A DNA stretch of 64,000 bases from the IMG/VR virus record IMGVR_UViG_3300042546_000155, one strand, 5' to 3'. A program made the translations under genes and the position numbers. The notes under the pieces are model-generated. The model was not told the origin of the DNA. It did no database searches and saw nothing but the letters and a program-made list of their open reading frames with translations. Numbering within the stretch: position 1 is the stretch's first letter; every line of letters starts with the position of its first letter. This stretch comes from a virus. Below are positions 36,648-49,400 of the stretch, one piece after another.

Positions 36648-38950
36648 TATGACAAACCAGCTCCTGATACGGCAAATGTATTAGCACGGACACAGATAAG
36701 AGTTGCGAGTCCATAATTGCTCAACAATCTATTTCCTGTATCGTTGGTACCGGATAGAAGTAGCGTAACATTGTTGTTCTGTGTAATCGTCAATGATGTT
36801 GCGGTATTGTTGAAGATGCTTACTGTCTGACCGGTGGCAAATACAGAGTTTACGATAAACACATTAGCACCGGGTGCATCAACAGAAATCAACTTACCGG
36901 TATCAGCCAATGTTAGAATATATGATGCAGGCTGACTATTAACTGGCAAATCTCTTAGCGGACCGTTAACATCAGATACATAACCATTTACATATAGACT
37001 GCCTTCAAGACTTGCATTTGTATTAGGTAGAGAATTGTTTGCTGTATTAAATGCAGCAGTAATGGTAGTACCGAATGTGTTAACTGTTACCGCTGCGTAG
37101 TTAGCAATGTTGAATGATGTATTAGAAATGGTTGAAATTACATTCAACTGTCCATATGAAGCGATTGTAGTTGCGGCAACATTATATGCATACTCATATG
37201 TCGAGTTAGCAAAGTTAGATCCGTTATTAGCTAGAATGTATGCGGCATTGGCTCTATCGAATGCAGGACCAGGATAACCGAACTCACTAGCAATTGTATT
37301 AGCACGGTTATATGCACTGTTAGCAACATCATAAGATGAGTTGGCATGAAGGAATGCAGCATTAGTATTAGCAATGACACCATAAACAAGAGCATTACTT
37401 GTATTAGCTAGATCAAACACAACAGTTGTGGTGGCAGCCACATTGTATGAGAAGCTATTAACAGTGTTTGCAAATGTGAATGATGCAATAGCATTGACTA
37501 GAGCGGAATTTGCTGTATCATTTGCTAGGTTTGCTCTCTCAAATGCTCCGGTGAATGCAGCAAGGGCGATAGTATTGACACTAAGTCCACCAAGGAAGTT
37601 ATTAACATTGGTATTGGCAGCCTGAGCGATTGCTAGAGCGTTTGCTGTATTAGATGCTGTAACTGTAATAGTATTGCTAAATGAGTTGAGTGTATTACCG
37701 AACTCATATGCCAATAGAGAAACAGCACCACCGTCTAGGCTATAGACGAAAGAGTTTGCGGCAGTTGCAGCGATATATGCGGCAGTTGCTAGATCAAATG
37801 TTTGATATCCGAATGTATTGACAGTATTAACTAGATTTGAAACGGCATTAACTCTTTCATCTACCAATGTAATTCTGTCATTACATGTATTGGCTTCATC
37901 AAATGCAGCAATAGCAATTGTTGGGAACTTATATTCTAGAGTGAATGATGAAAGACTATTTGCTAGATCATAAACGGTGTTTAGTGTAGCATAGACATTC
38001 TGAGAATAACCGTTTGAGGTATTAGCAACATTGAATAGCTGGTTGATTCTAAACTCTAGTCCATCGGAACGAGTATTAACAGTATTGGAAGCATTGAAAA
38101 CAATAGCCACACTGTTAGCAACATCGGATACATATGTATTTACCGTATTTGCATAATCAAAGGCAGCATTTGTTCTGTCTGATACTTCGGCAACAGTAGC
38201 GGCTAAGCCTGCGCCAGATGTAAGCGAAAGATTGTTAGCAAATGCGAAAGCGGCTACAGCAACATTAGATGTGTCGTTAGCAAAAGCAAATGCAGCATTC
38301 GCCTGGTCATATACTGTATTGACTCTGGTATCCAGATCACCATTTGTAAGTGAATAAGCATATGCATTAACCGAATTGGCAAATGTATAAACATTAGCAA
38401 CATCGGAATTTGTGGCCGATGTAATGGTGACAAGTGTATTGGCTAGATCATAAGCATATGATAGAGTGGTGCTAACAAGTCCTGTTTGTAATAGGGCACT
38501 GTTGGCAAAGTTATATGCTGTATTTGATTGATCATATGCAGCACTAAGTTTAGAGCCAAATGTATTAGCATAATCAAAAGATGCTTGTGATGTTGCATAA
38601 GCAAGGTTCGATTGATTGTAAGATACAGTAAAGTTGGCAGATAATGTCGATACAGTAGCATTAGATGAGTTGAGTGCGCCTTGAAGCGTAGTAATACTAT
38701 CAAGTGCATTTCCGATAGAAATGAATGCTGTATTAGAAAGATCCGATAATGTATTAGCAGCCAGGGCAGTATTGTTTGCTAATCCATATACAGATGTTAC
38801 AGTGTTTGAGGTATCGTTAGCAAAAGCAAATGCTGATATTACTGTATTTGATGAATCGTTTGCAAGTGCATATGAGCTATTAGCGGTTGTGTAAGCCGCA
38901 TTAGCTGTATCATATGCTGAATTTGCTGTATCGAAAATTGGGTCTGCCAT
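36647..38950 (-). CDS. Fibre-like protein with Ala/Asn heptad repeats
   Basis: A[YF]xxAN repeats throughout; C-terminal YILTLADTGKLI...SGAG domain. Confidence 0.7.
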   Translation of the reverse strand: MADPIFDTANSAYDTANAAYTTANSSYALANDSSNTVISAFAFANDTSNTVTSVYGLANNTALAANTLSDLSNTAFISIGNALDSITTLQGALNSSNATVSTLSANFTVSYNQSNLAYATSQASFDYANTFGSKLSAAYDQSNTAYNFANSALLQTGLVSTTLSYAYDLANTLVTITSATNSDVANVYTFANSVNAYAYSLTNGDLDTRVNTVYDQANAAFAFANDTSNVAVAAFAFANNLSLTSGAGLAATVAEVSDRTNAAFDYANTVNTYVSDVANSVAIVFNASNTVNTRSDGLEFRINQLFNVANTSNGYSQNVYATLNTVYDLANSLSSFTLEYKFPTIAIAAFDEANTCNDRITLVDERVNAVSNLVNTVNTFGYQTFDLATAAYIAATAANSFVYSLDGGAVSLLAYEFGNTLNSFSNTITVTASNTANALAIAQAANTNVNNFLGGLSVNTIALAAFTGAFERANLANDTANSALVNAIASFTFANTVNSFSYNVAATTTVVFDLANTSNALVYGVIANTNAAFLHANSSYDVANSAYNRANTIASEFGYPGPAFDRANAAYILANNGSNFANSTYEYAYNVAATTIASYGQLNVISTISNTSFNIANYAAVTVNTFGTTITAAFNTANNSLPNTNASLEGSLYVNGYVSDVNGPLRDLPVNSQPASYILTLADTGKLISVDAPGANVFIVNSVFATGQTVSIFNNTATSLTITQNNNVTLLLSGTNDTGNRLLSNYGLATLICVRANTFAVSGAGLS

Positions 38951-38955
38951 TTAAA

Positions 38956-40536
38956 TTATCCTATCTTCTTCTTTAATTCATCAATTTCAGCCATTAGTCC
39001 TTTGATTGCTTCTACTAACACAGGAACTATCTTTTCTTCTCTTACTGTCAAATATGGGTTTTCAGGATCATAGTTGATGCCTTCTCTAGGAATCAATCTG
39101 TCACCATCCTTATTAGTATATTGTAGCATTTGAATTGCTGCTGCCTGTGGAAGAACCTCTTGAACTTCCTGTGCAACCAAACCAACTTCGATGCCAGTAT
39201 TAGTTTCATCCAAAAGTTTGTTGCCGATATCATTCCATTCATAACGATAACCATTTATACCATTAAGAATTGTGCGCCAATCAGTAATCTTAGTAAGGTT
39301 CTTCTTAAGTCTTCTATCCGACCAATAAGCAGTAATATTGCCGTTTGTGTAGAAGTTGCCAGCGCCTTCGAAAATAGCTCTAGTACCATTGTCTTGTGTG
39401 CCGAATCTAATCCACCACTGATTTGTAAAGCTTCCTGAAATCCAGGTTGCACCACCATTACTGAAATGGAATCTAACGAAATTATCTGGATATGATCTAA
39501 CCCACTGATCGTTGTTTAGCTCAAGGACATTCAATCTAGTTCCAGCAGATGGATCAACATAATAGTTGATGTTGTTTCTATCTCTAATAGAACTTACTTG
39601 AACTTCGTTTAGAATTGAAGTTCCCGCAGGATCGAGTAAGAAAGTCTGATTATCTTGATCAAGGAATCTTCTTCCAACAATATCACCAAACGAACGAATA
39701 TAATTAACATCAAGGTTAGCTAGTTTAGAATTGCCATTAGGATCAACTCGGTAATCTTGATTGTTTAGATCGATCAAGAGAGGAGCGTAAACGGCATTAG
39801 AGCAAGTCATATTAACAAAACTTGTTCTTTCGAATGCGGCATTTGCTTTAATGAATGCAGCGTTAGCATGTCTAAAGACTGTTGAATTGGGTGGTAATGC
39901 TTGCAATGCTATCAATACATTGTTAGAATGTAGGAATGCGGCATTAGCATGTGTGCGAGCCGTGTTAGCGTTAATATAACCAGCATTCGCATGGGTTCTT
40001 GCCGTATTGGCGTTTATGTATGCTGAGTTGGCATGATCCCTAGTAACATTTGCTCTTCCGAATGCATTGTTAGAATGTGAGAATGCCGCATTAGCATTGA
40101 AATACGCTGAGTTTGCATGACGGAATATAACAGTATTCGCTCTAGCAAAAAGATTGTTAGAGTGATTGAAAACGGTATTAGCATTGAAATATGCAGCATT
40201 AGCATGACGCCAAACGGTGTTTGTTGTCGCAAAGGCATCGTTTGCCTTAAAGTATGCTAGATTGGCGGTGCGAAAAGCTAAAACAGTATTTTGTGATATT
40301 TGTGCGAAGCCACCGAATGTTAGATTTGCACGATCATATGCAGAGTTGGCGTGAGCCCATGCCAGATTAATTCTGTTGTTTGTGCTTCTACTAAATGAGT
40401 TAATTGTATTAACGGTATTAGTGCCGTTGGCAAACAATTCTTGAAAGTTGTCGTTTACTTTAATAAACGAATCTCTAAGTGTATCGCCTTTGCCGTCGTT
40501 AGCAACCGAACCTACATTTACTATTTGTCTGGTCAT
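38956..40536 (-). CDS. Tail fibre with C-terminal intramolecular chaperone (peptidase S74-like)
   Basis: N-terminus NVGSVANDGKGDTLRDSFIKVNDNF.EL; HANxAY repeats; YWSDRRLKKN...GLVAQEV...LVEAIK. Confidence 0.8.
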   Translation of the reverse strand: MTRQIVNVGSVANDGKGDTLRDSFIKVNDNFQELFANGTNTVNTINSFSRSTNNRINLAWAHANSAYDRANLTFGGFAQISQNTVLAFRTANLAYFKANDAFATTNTVWRHANAAYFNANTVFNHSNNLFARANTVIFRHANSAYFNANAAFSHSNNAFGRANVTRDHANSAYINANTARTHANAGYINANTARTHANAAFLHSNNVLIALQALPPNSTVFRHANAAFIKANAAFERTSFVNMTCSNAVYAPLLIDLNNQDYRVDPNGNSKLANLDVNYIRSFGDIVGRRFLDQDNQTFLLDPAGTSILNEVQVSSIRDRNNINYYVDPSAGTRLNVLELNNDQWVRSYPDNFVRFHFSNGGATWISGSFTNQWWIRFGTQDNGTRAIFEGAGNFYTNGNITAYWSDRRLKKNLTKITDWRTILNGINGYRYEWNDIGNKLLDETNTGIEVGLVAQEVQEVLPQAAAIQMLQYTNKDGDRLIPREGINYDPENPYLTVREEKIVPVLVEAIKGLMAEIDELKKKIG

Positions 40537-40571
40537 GTTCTCTTAATCCGAGGTTATTTAAGTATATTTAG

Positions 40572-41570
40572 TTACCGTCTATACAAAGTTTCGCTATACC
40601 CATAATCGTCGCCGGGTTCAGAATTAATAGGATCGGGTGTATGTCTAATCATAAATGCATCTTCTACAGGTTGTTTCTGTGATATGATAGTGCATACCGC
40701 ATTGGATTCGGTGGCATGAACTCTGTTGTTAGCGAAGAATCTTCCTTCTGTGACATTAACAACAAGGCTGTGTGCATTAGCATTATATGATACCACTTTG
40801 CCGTATGCATTAGATGTTAGAGGATTATGTCCCTGATAGACCACATCACCTCTATTGAAGCTACCGTTTGCATTTGCAACATTCAATGTGGCAATATAGC
40901 CATTGTTTGTTATGATAGTGTTATCAGCAAACACTCTAGTATTAGCAGAAGTGATAATCTTGGGCGTTGTGATTGGGCCATAGAAATGCATCTTCATTGT
41001 GAAAGTGAGAGTCCAATATACATAACGAACTGAGTCAAAGTTGCCTTCGTATTGAATGTCGTTTGTTACTGAATTAAGAATTACAGGCACATCTTTTAGA
41101 AATCCTAGATCGGGAATCATGTTTGTTGTGACTGTGAAATCGGGATTGAAGAAAGGTAAAATCTGTTCTACAATATGTGTGCCATCATCAATGTTTCTTG
41201 CATAGATGTTCAAAGCGAATGTAATGTCATAAGGCACACCAACATACTGCGACTTAACAGATGATCCATTATTAGGTGCTACTGCCCTTAATGTAGAGTT
41301 TTGCTTGCGAGTAGGATCATATGAGATACCTGTAATCTCGAAACTCATTCTAGGAAGAATAGCTTGAAACTGTTTTAGTAGTGCTGGGTCGGACTCAATA
41401 CGAGTGACCATCTTCTCTTTAGGAGCATAGATGATCGGGACCAAGAAACGCTGTGTCTCTTTGCCTGTCTGATTATTCGTTCTAACTACAGTAATGTCAT
41501 CAAACAGTCTGCCAAATAGAATGACTGCTTTCTTAGTTAGTGAGTGATAAAACGGTGCATTACCTAGCAT
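40572..41570 (-). CDS. gp15: Tail sheath stabilizer / terminator
   Basis: FG.LF.DI, VPI.YAPKEK, LPRMSFE, EQILPFF.P. Confidence 0.93.
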   Translation of the reverse strand: MLGNAPFYHSLTKKAVILFGRLFDDITVVRTNNQTGKETQRFLVPIIYAPKEKMVTRIESDPALLKQFQAILPRMSFEITGISYDPTRKQNSTLRAVAPNNGSSVKSQYVGVPYDITFALNIYARNIDDGTHIVEQILPFFNPDFTVTTNMIPDLGFLKDVPVILNSVTNDIQYEGNFDSVRYVYWTLTFTMKMHFYGPITTPKIITSANTRVFADNTIITNNGYIATLNVANANGSFNRGDVVYQGHNPLTSNAYGKVVSYNANAHSLVVNVTEGRFFANNRVHATESNAVCTIISQKQPVEDAFMIRHTPDPINSEPGDDYGYSETLYRR

Positions 41571-42463
41571 TACGGTGTTCCGAATGGATTGATTTCAGAT
41601 AGATCAAGAATAAGTTCTGTTGACTTGCCGAAATCATCGTTGTTAAAGAAATCTTGCATTACGAAATCACCAGTTGCATCTACACCGTTGGCGGTTGTAG
41701 AGAATATTGCCTGCGATGTATTACCATAAACATTAGCACTTGGGCTGAATGTGCCCATGATGTTGTGTAGAAGCATTGTTCCATTAGCTGCAAACCATTC
41801 AGAAACTTCGGCTGTAGCAGTAGCGTTTGCCCATGTTCCGTCTGGTGACTGATAAACAACCTCGTTATCACGGAATGATCCTGAACCAGATGTGTTTAGA
41901 GTTAGTTTAATTGTGTAGCCGTTATCTTCTTCGACTTGATCAATCTCACCAATGCCAGTATCAAAATCTTCTTCACTATAACGGAAGACTTCACAACGCA
42001 TTTCAAAGACGAATGGATGACGATTGCCCAATGAATAGAACATAAGTTTCTTTTCAATGAACTTAATCTCAAACATACGGTGTAATAGTGGTACCCAAAC
42101 AAGATCGCCCTCTTGTGGGCGTTCTCTAAGTGCTGATGGAACTATACGAGCAAATGAACGGCGTGAGATAACAAAGTTAGATGTATCTCTAATCTCTAGA
42201 CCAAACTTAGAGAAGAAATCATGATCACCTTCGTATCCTTCTGCATTGGCAATATATGCTTCAATGATGTAAGCATGTTTAAATTTGACCTTGGTAGTTT
42301 CACCAAAGATCATATCAACATTGTCTAGCGATTCTCTAGGAATGTAATAGCAATTATGTCCCATGATTTGAATAGATTCAACGATAACATCCTCCATAAG
42401 AGAATGCTCGTTTCCCAATCTATTCTGTGAGGGAAAGTTATTGAAATAACCGTTTACTGCCAT
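41570..42463 (-). CDS. gp14: Neck protein
   Basis: ESIQIMG...YYIPR, SKFGLEIRD, RPQEGDL, E.NPFG. Confidence 0.94.
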   Translation of the reverse strand: MAVNGYFNNFPSQNRLGNEHSLMEDVIVESIQIMGHNCYYIPRESLDNVDMIFGETTKVKFKHAYIIEAYIANAEGYEGDHDFFSKFGLEIRDTSNFVISRRSFARIVPSALRERPQEGDLVWVPLLHRMFEIKFIEKKLMFYSLGNRHPFVFEMRCEVFRYSEEDFDTGIGEIDQVEEDNGYTIKLTLNTSGSGSFRDNEVVYQSPDGTWANATATAEVSEWFAANGTMLLHNIMGTFSPSANVYGNTSQAIFSTTANGVDATGDFVMQDFFNNDDFGKSTELILDLSEINPFGTP

Positions 42464-42464
42464 T

Positions 42465-43214
42465 TTAACCTACCAAGAAGGCAGGAGGCTGCTCATAAGT
42501 CGAACGAATTTCTAGTTCGATCTTTTCAATTTCTGCCGTGGCTTCATTGAAGATATCGACACCACGCATCATTACACCACCTGGCAACTGCATCTTGTCA
42601 AACTTGGACATATTCTGTCCCCATTGTTTCTTGACATACGCTGTGGCAAGTTTCTTGAGCATACGGTCGTTCCAAACTCTAGTGTAAGTTGTTGGGTCTG
42701 TAATTACGATACCTTCAACGATGATATATTCACCGGGTTGAATGTCATTCTTCCAGTCCCAATCGATATAGAGTTTGTTAGTGATACGATTGAAACGAAT
42801 AGGCTGCTGACCTGTGAAGATCATATTAAGTGTGGCAAGATGCTGCATTGTTAGAGCATAATTGACATATGATGTTGATGAAAGGTCCCAGAGGTCGTTA
42901 AGACGCAACTGGTACCTTAAATCAAACATGTTCATGGCGAGGTAAGAACCACCAACAGGAAACACACGAATAGCACCAATCAAACCATCAGATACAGGAA
43001 TGTATTGATTGTTTAGGTCTTGCTGTGTTATTTGATGCTTCACATACGATCTTTCAGTGCCATTGAAATGGAACTCATTCCAGAACTCAAATGCCAACTC
43101 AATGGCATCTTCGACCTGAACATCATCAACATTAACCTGAATGACAGGATATCCTAACTGTCTTAGGCAAAAGTCTTTTAGTTCTTCTTTATTTGCTGGC
43201 TGATTGATCGACAT
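42465..43214 (-). CDS. gp13: Neck protein
   Basis: CLRQLG.PVI.VNVD..Q, K.QWG.N.SKF....LPGGV. Confidence 0.95.
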   Translation of the reverse strand: MSINQPANKEELKDFCLRQLGYPVIQVNVDDVQVEDAIELAFEFWNEFHFNGTERSYVKHQITQQDLNNQYIPVSDGLIGAIRVFPVGGSYLAMNMFDLRYQLRLNDLWDLSSTSYVNYALTMQHLATLNMIFTGQQPIRFNRITNKLYIDWDWKNDIQPGEYIIVEGIVITDPTTYTRVWNDRMLKKLATAYVKKQWGQNMSKFDKMQLPGGVMMRGVDIFNEATAEIEKIELEIRSTYEQPPAFLVG

Positions 43215-43232
43215 TTACCTCATCCGTGTCTT

Positions 43233-43412
43233 TTACTTATTAAGGACAGAACTCTCAGTGACATTCACATTTAGTTCCTGCACCTGTGAATCTGCTTGTT
43301 GACGAATAGCTAGAAATGTTTCCAATGTCTGTTCTAGGGGCATCTTAGATAGAGCCGTAAGAACATTGTTAATCATAGGAATTGTAAGTTCTAGTTTAAT
43401 TGTCTTTTCCAT
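43233..43412 (-). CDS. Small hypothetical protein (59 aa)
   Basis: Manual ORF MEKTIKLELTIPMINNVLTALSKMPLEQ...; GAGG RBS and a CTAAATA box upstream. Confidence 0.7.
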   Translation of the reverse strand: MEKTIKLELTIPMINNVLTALSKMPLEQTLETFLAIRQQADSQVQELNVNVTESSVLNK

Positions 43413-43453
43413 AATATACCTCTTTAGTTAATGCCTGCTTGAAGCAGATGCAT

Positions 43454-46400
43454 TTATTTAACAGTATTTAGCATATCAACAATACGCTTTAGATTGTCTA
43501 TCTCGGTTTGCTGCTCCTTGATTGCTTCGATCAATAGAGGAACAAGTTTTTCATATTTAACTGTTAGATAGTTTTTGCCTGTTCTAGAAATCTTATTACC
43601 ATTTTCATCTGAGTCGCAATCAAAAGGTGCAATGTCAACAGCATCAGACATTACTTTTTCGACTTCCTGAGCCTTTAGTCCGTGTTCATGTTCTCTATAT
43701 GGAGCAAAGCCTAAAGACTTACACTTTTCTACTCTCCAATCGAAAGTATAACCAGAAATGCGCTTGATCTTATCAATAGCATTTGCGATAGGACTAAAGT
43801 TTTCTTTTAGTCTTTCGTCAGAAGCATAAGCGGTAATGTTTGCTCTACATGACAAATCGCCTGTTCTGGCGTTTAGCCACATAGCATTTTCCCATTGTGG
43901 AACAGTCTGACCAGAAACCGATGGACCAAAACCAATACCGAACCAAGAAGTAATCTTCAAGTTTGAAGTGGTAGAGGCGACACTATCACTAGTTGTACCA
44001 AAGATATAAGCACTTCCTTGTGCGCTGAAATTGACACCGGCTGTAGTAGAACCTGTAGTATTGCTTGAGTTTGGAACTGTTACGCTACCTGTGAAGTTAC
44101 CTGACCCAGAAACATCAAGTCTATGAGTTGCCCCAGGAAGTGTAGTGTCTGACTCACCATAACCTAGTCGAACGCTATGAGCAACTGTCAACTTACCGTC
44201 GGTTGAAAGGGCCATAGCACCCTGAGCGGCTGTATGCGCAGCGTCGCCCCACCAAAATCCTCTAGTAGCAGAATCATTCATTTGGAATGTCATAGCATAT
44301 TCGTTTTCGATCGGTCCGAAAGTAAATCCATTGGTCATGCCAATCGTATAATTACTATCACTCCAAACTCTAATTTTATCTCTACTGGTTGATGCTGGAC
44401 CAGTAAGAACTGTATATGTTAGAGGTCCGCTGAAAGCTGTTGCTGATACTGTACCATTAAAGGTATGTGTGCCACCTGGTGCTCCTAGTGTTAATCTATA
44501 AGTATTAACACCATCAGACCAACCACCAATTCTGAATATGTTGTCTATATCAAGACCAAGGTTGATAGCGTAGGCACCAGTTCTATGAAATGACATGACG
44601 GCGCTAACGAATTGTGTGCCTCTAACAGAAAATGAACCTGTATCATTAGAAACTGAGGTATTTGATGTATTGGCCGCCGCAGCATTGGTTCTTCCGGTAA
44701 TCAATCCGGTCATTGTTCCGCCAGCTAATGGAAGAGCATCTGTAATACCATAACCAGATAATGTAGTTGGTTTGCCTGTAACACCTGACCAAGGAATGGT
44801 ACAGTTTGTTAGTGTGCCAGATGATGGAGTACCAAGTGCAGGAGTTGTTAGTGTGGGGCTGGTTGATAAAACAACGCTACCTGATCCTGTGCTGGTTGTA
44901 GTACCCGTACCGCCGTTGGCAACAGCTAGAGTGCCAGAAACATGGGTCGTTAGACCAATCTTACCCCATGCAGGTGCTACGCCTACACCGCCTGAGATAA
45001 GAGCGTTACCTGTAGCAACATCGGCAAGTCTTGTCAATGCTGTAGTTGTTGAAGCATACAGAATATCACCAACGGCATATGATGCGTTTCCTGTACCGCC
45101 ATTAGCCGCAGCAAGCGTTCCCGTAACACCTGTAGTTAGTGGTAAACCGGTACAGTTTGTTAGTGTGCCAGATGCTGGTGTTCCGAGAGCAGCATTGGCA
45201 GTTAGAACTCGTTTCCAAGCACCGTAAGTTGATAGTGCTGATCCGCTACCTCTAATCCATAGATTATCGTTATCAGTGAAACCAAGTTGTCTTGTACCAC
45301 CACCAGATGCGTCAGCGTATTGCTGGAATGTCATAACACCATGGTAGGTGCCGCCATCATTTAGACCGTCGGTGGTATTTGTTTTAAAGTCAAATTGAAC
45401 ACGGGCCGCACCAAGGCTAGGTCCATCTACGGTGGCTCTTGTATCACGAGAAGTTATATAAAAGGCAGAGCCGGTAGTGTTCTGATTTAGAGTTGGAAAG
45501 GTACAGTTTGTTAAGTTTCCGCTTGATGGTGTTCCAAGTGCAGGAGTTGTTAGTGTGGGGCTGGTTGATAAAACAACGCTACCTGATCCTGTGCTGGTTG
45601 TAGTACCTGTACCGCCGTTGGCAACAGCTAGAGTGCCAGAAATATGAGTTGTTAGACCAATCTTACCCCAAGCTGGAGCAACACCAACACCACCAGAGAT
45701 AAGAGCGTTACCGGTAGCAACATCGGCAAGTCTCGACAATGCAGTAGTTGTTGAAGCAAAAAGAAGATCGCCAACGGCATATACTGTTTGACCGGTACCG
45801 CCATTAGCCGCAGCAAGCGTTCCCGTAACACCTGTAGTTAGTGGTAAACCGGTACAGTTTGTTAGTGTGCCAGAAGATGGTGTGCCTAGAGCGCCACCAT
45901 CTAGTAATACTCTACTCCATGCATTGCTACCCGAAGCATTGGTCGATCTATAATATAGACTATTTGAATAGAAGTCTGCCGCAAGTTGCATAGAATAATA
46001 ATTTGAACCATTACTATGCGTTGAGGCAATCAAATGATACCAAGATGAAGTTGTTACTGGCCAACCGTTAGCTGTTGTGGCATATGATGTTTGCCAGAAA
46101 CCAGAATTAATACGTGATGCAATACTTTGATTAGGAGCATCAGCACTTGACTGGGCGGCATTTAAAAATGTTGCAAAACCTGTAGTATTCTGATTTAGAG
46201 TTGGGAAGGTACAGTTTGTTAGTGTGCCAGATGATGGTGTTCCAAGGGCACCACCATTGGTGACGAATGCACCAGCAGAACCAACGGCTGTTGCAAGTGC
46301 AGTAGCAACACCTGTGCCAAGACCAGAAACACCAGATGAAATCGGAATAGATGCTGTAACACCAGATGCCGAGGTAATTCGACCATAAGCATCAACGGTG

Positions 46401-49400
46401 AATGATGGAATGGTTGCAGCGCCGCCATATGTGGTTGCTGTAACACCAGATGTGGCTAAATCTATGAATACTAATTCATTGCTTGATGCATCAACTGTTG
46501 TATTAGCCCAAATTCTTGATGTGCTATTACTTGATACAGAAGCAACTTTGGTATTTGACCAAGCATTAGATGAAGCGCCTACTCCTGTGACACCAATTTC
46601 AGTCAATGACCAAGAAACATCGGCGCCACCGTTAAATGTCTTACCAGTTGAACCAATAGTTAGTGTTCTAGCTGTAGTTAGAGTTGCAGCAGAACCGGTG
46701 GTGCTTTGATTGAATGTTGGCCAAGTAAATGTTCCAGTTGAGAAGTTACCGCTTGCGGGTGTGCCGAGAGCACCGCCGTTTGTTACGAATGAACCCGCAG
46801 TTCCTACAGCAACAGCAAGAGCAGTTGCAACACCGGTACCTAGACCAGACACACCGGTAGAAATAGGAATAGATGCAGTAACATTAGAAGATGAAGTTAT
46901 GCGACCATAAGCATCTACTGTATATGAAGGTATAGTTGCAACACCACCGTATGTGGTTGCTGTAACACCAGATGTTGCTAGATCAATAAACACCAATTCG
47001 TTGCTTGAGGCATCGGTAGTTGTATTGGCCCAAACTCTTGAAGTGCTGTTGCTTGAAACTACGGCAACTTTAGTATTAACATATGGATAAACTGTAGAAG
47101 CAAAGTTCTGAGAGTCGAGTGACTTACCAGCAATGACCGTAGATTCGACTGTATCAAATGCGGTAACAAGTGAAATCTGCCAATCTTCTCTCCATGCAGC
47201 CGCAGTTCCACCACTAAAACCTGCTTCGACTTCTGTAATGTAAACTTTTGGATAAGCCCAAGCTGTTGATGTCTCACCAATCCAGATACAGTCCGACGTA
47301 GCGTCTTGTCCGAAACGAACATTTAGTTCTGGTCCTGACTGAGTTTCTTGTGTAACAAATGTATTATACCATCCACCAACAACACTATAGTTATAACCAC
47401 CAAATTGTAATGTTGTTGATGTTCCTGTTACATAGTTGAAAATTTTTACAGTAACACGCAACATTGTGTTATTGTTATTTGCAGCGACAGGCATTTTAAT
47501 TTTAATAGCACCAGTAGCAGTCGCAGCGTTGTTCGAGAATGCACCACCGCCAGGGTTAGTTATTCTAACAGTACCAGCTACACCGTCATCATACACACCA
47601 CGAGTAGTCGAAACATATCCAAGAACACCAATGTTACCTGCTAGAACGACATTATTGTTTGATAGTTTGGTATTTGACCAAGCATTAGCAGATGCACCAA
47701 CAGTAATGGTGTAGTTGTTGCCAGCAGCACCAACGGCTACTGTGTATGAATTTCCTGATGTTCCAACTGTATTGGACCATGTATTGGATCTTGCTCCGAT
47801 TGTATTTGCCCAAGCGTTGGCAGATGTTCCGACAGTATTCGACCAAGCATTAGCAGATGCACCAACGGATAATGTATAGGAGTTGCCTGATGTACCAACT
47901 GAATTGGACCAAGCATTGGATGCCGCTCCAACTGATACTGTATAATTATTACCTGATGTACCAACTGTGTTTGCCCATCCATTGGCACCGACAGCATTGT
48001 TCCGAATAGTTATGATAGCATTAGCACCACCAAGGATCAGGTTGCTTGTTCTGATATCAGAGTTCAGAACGGCATTGACCATATTGTTTGCATACGGAAC
48101 AATATCGTTTACTAATGATGGTTCTCCAGACAATCCACTGAATAGGAAATATTCTTTGGAAGCATGGTCTCTATACAATCCAGTATGAACATTAGATGTT
48201 CCGTTGCTATAGTGTCCAACAAAACCAATATCAACAATATCAGAAATGTTATTTGTTGCTAGAAAAATTAGAGAATCTTCAACAGAAAGACTATCTGTTG
48301 TGATAGTTGTTGCATTACCAGATATTATTAGATTGCCTGTAACTTGTAAGTCACCGGTAATTGTGCCACCAGATTTCTTAAAGTAGGTTGAATCTGAATA
48401 TATGTTTACTGAATTGGCCCAAGCATTGCTTGATGCACCAACAGTAATGGTGTAGTTGTTACCAGCAGTACCGACAGAAATGGTATAGTTATTACCTGAG
48501 GTGCCGACTGTATTAGCCCAAGTATTTGATCTTGCGCCAATTGTGTTGGCCCATGCATTTGCGGCTGCACCAACTGCTACTGTATATGAGTTACCGGCTG
48601 CACCAACTGCTACTGTATATGAGTTACCGGCTGTACCAACAGTATTTGACCAAGCGTTTGTTACTGCTCCTACGGATACAGTATAAGCATTACCGGCTGT
48701 ACCAACTGCTACTGTATATGAGTTACCTGAGGTACCAACAATGTTAGCCCAAGCATTTGAACTTGCACTGATTGTATTGGCCCAAGCATTAGCTGCCGCA
48801 CCAGTTGCAATAGTATAGTTGTTGCCGGCTGCATTAACAGCAAGCATGTATGTATTACCTGACGAACCTACCGTATTAGCCCAAGCATTACTTGAAGCTC
48901 CGACTGCTACTGTATAAGCATTACCTGATGCATTAACGGCAAGCATATATGTATTACCGGATGAACCTACTGTTGTGGCGACTGATAATGCATAAGCATT
49001 TGCGGCTGCTCCAACTGCTACAGTGTATGAGTTACCTGAGGCTCCAACTGCTACTGTGTAAGCATTACCGGCTGCACCAACTGCAACAGTATAAGCATTA
49101 CCTGCGGCATTAACGGCAAGCATGTAAGTATTACCTGACGAACCTACTGTATTAGCCCAAGCATTTGAACTTGCACTGATTGTATTGGCCCATGCATTTG
49201 ATGATGCACCAACGGCTGTTGAATAAGCATTACCGGCTGTACCAACTGCTACAGTATAAGCATTACCGGCTGATCCGATTACAACTGAGTAAGCATTACC
49301 AGCAGCACCAACAGAAATGGTATAGTTATTACCGGCGGCCCCGACTGTATTAGCCCATGTGTTTCCTGCTGTTCCAACTGCTACAGTATAAGAGTTACCT

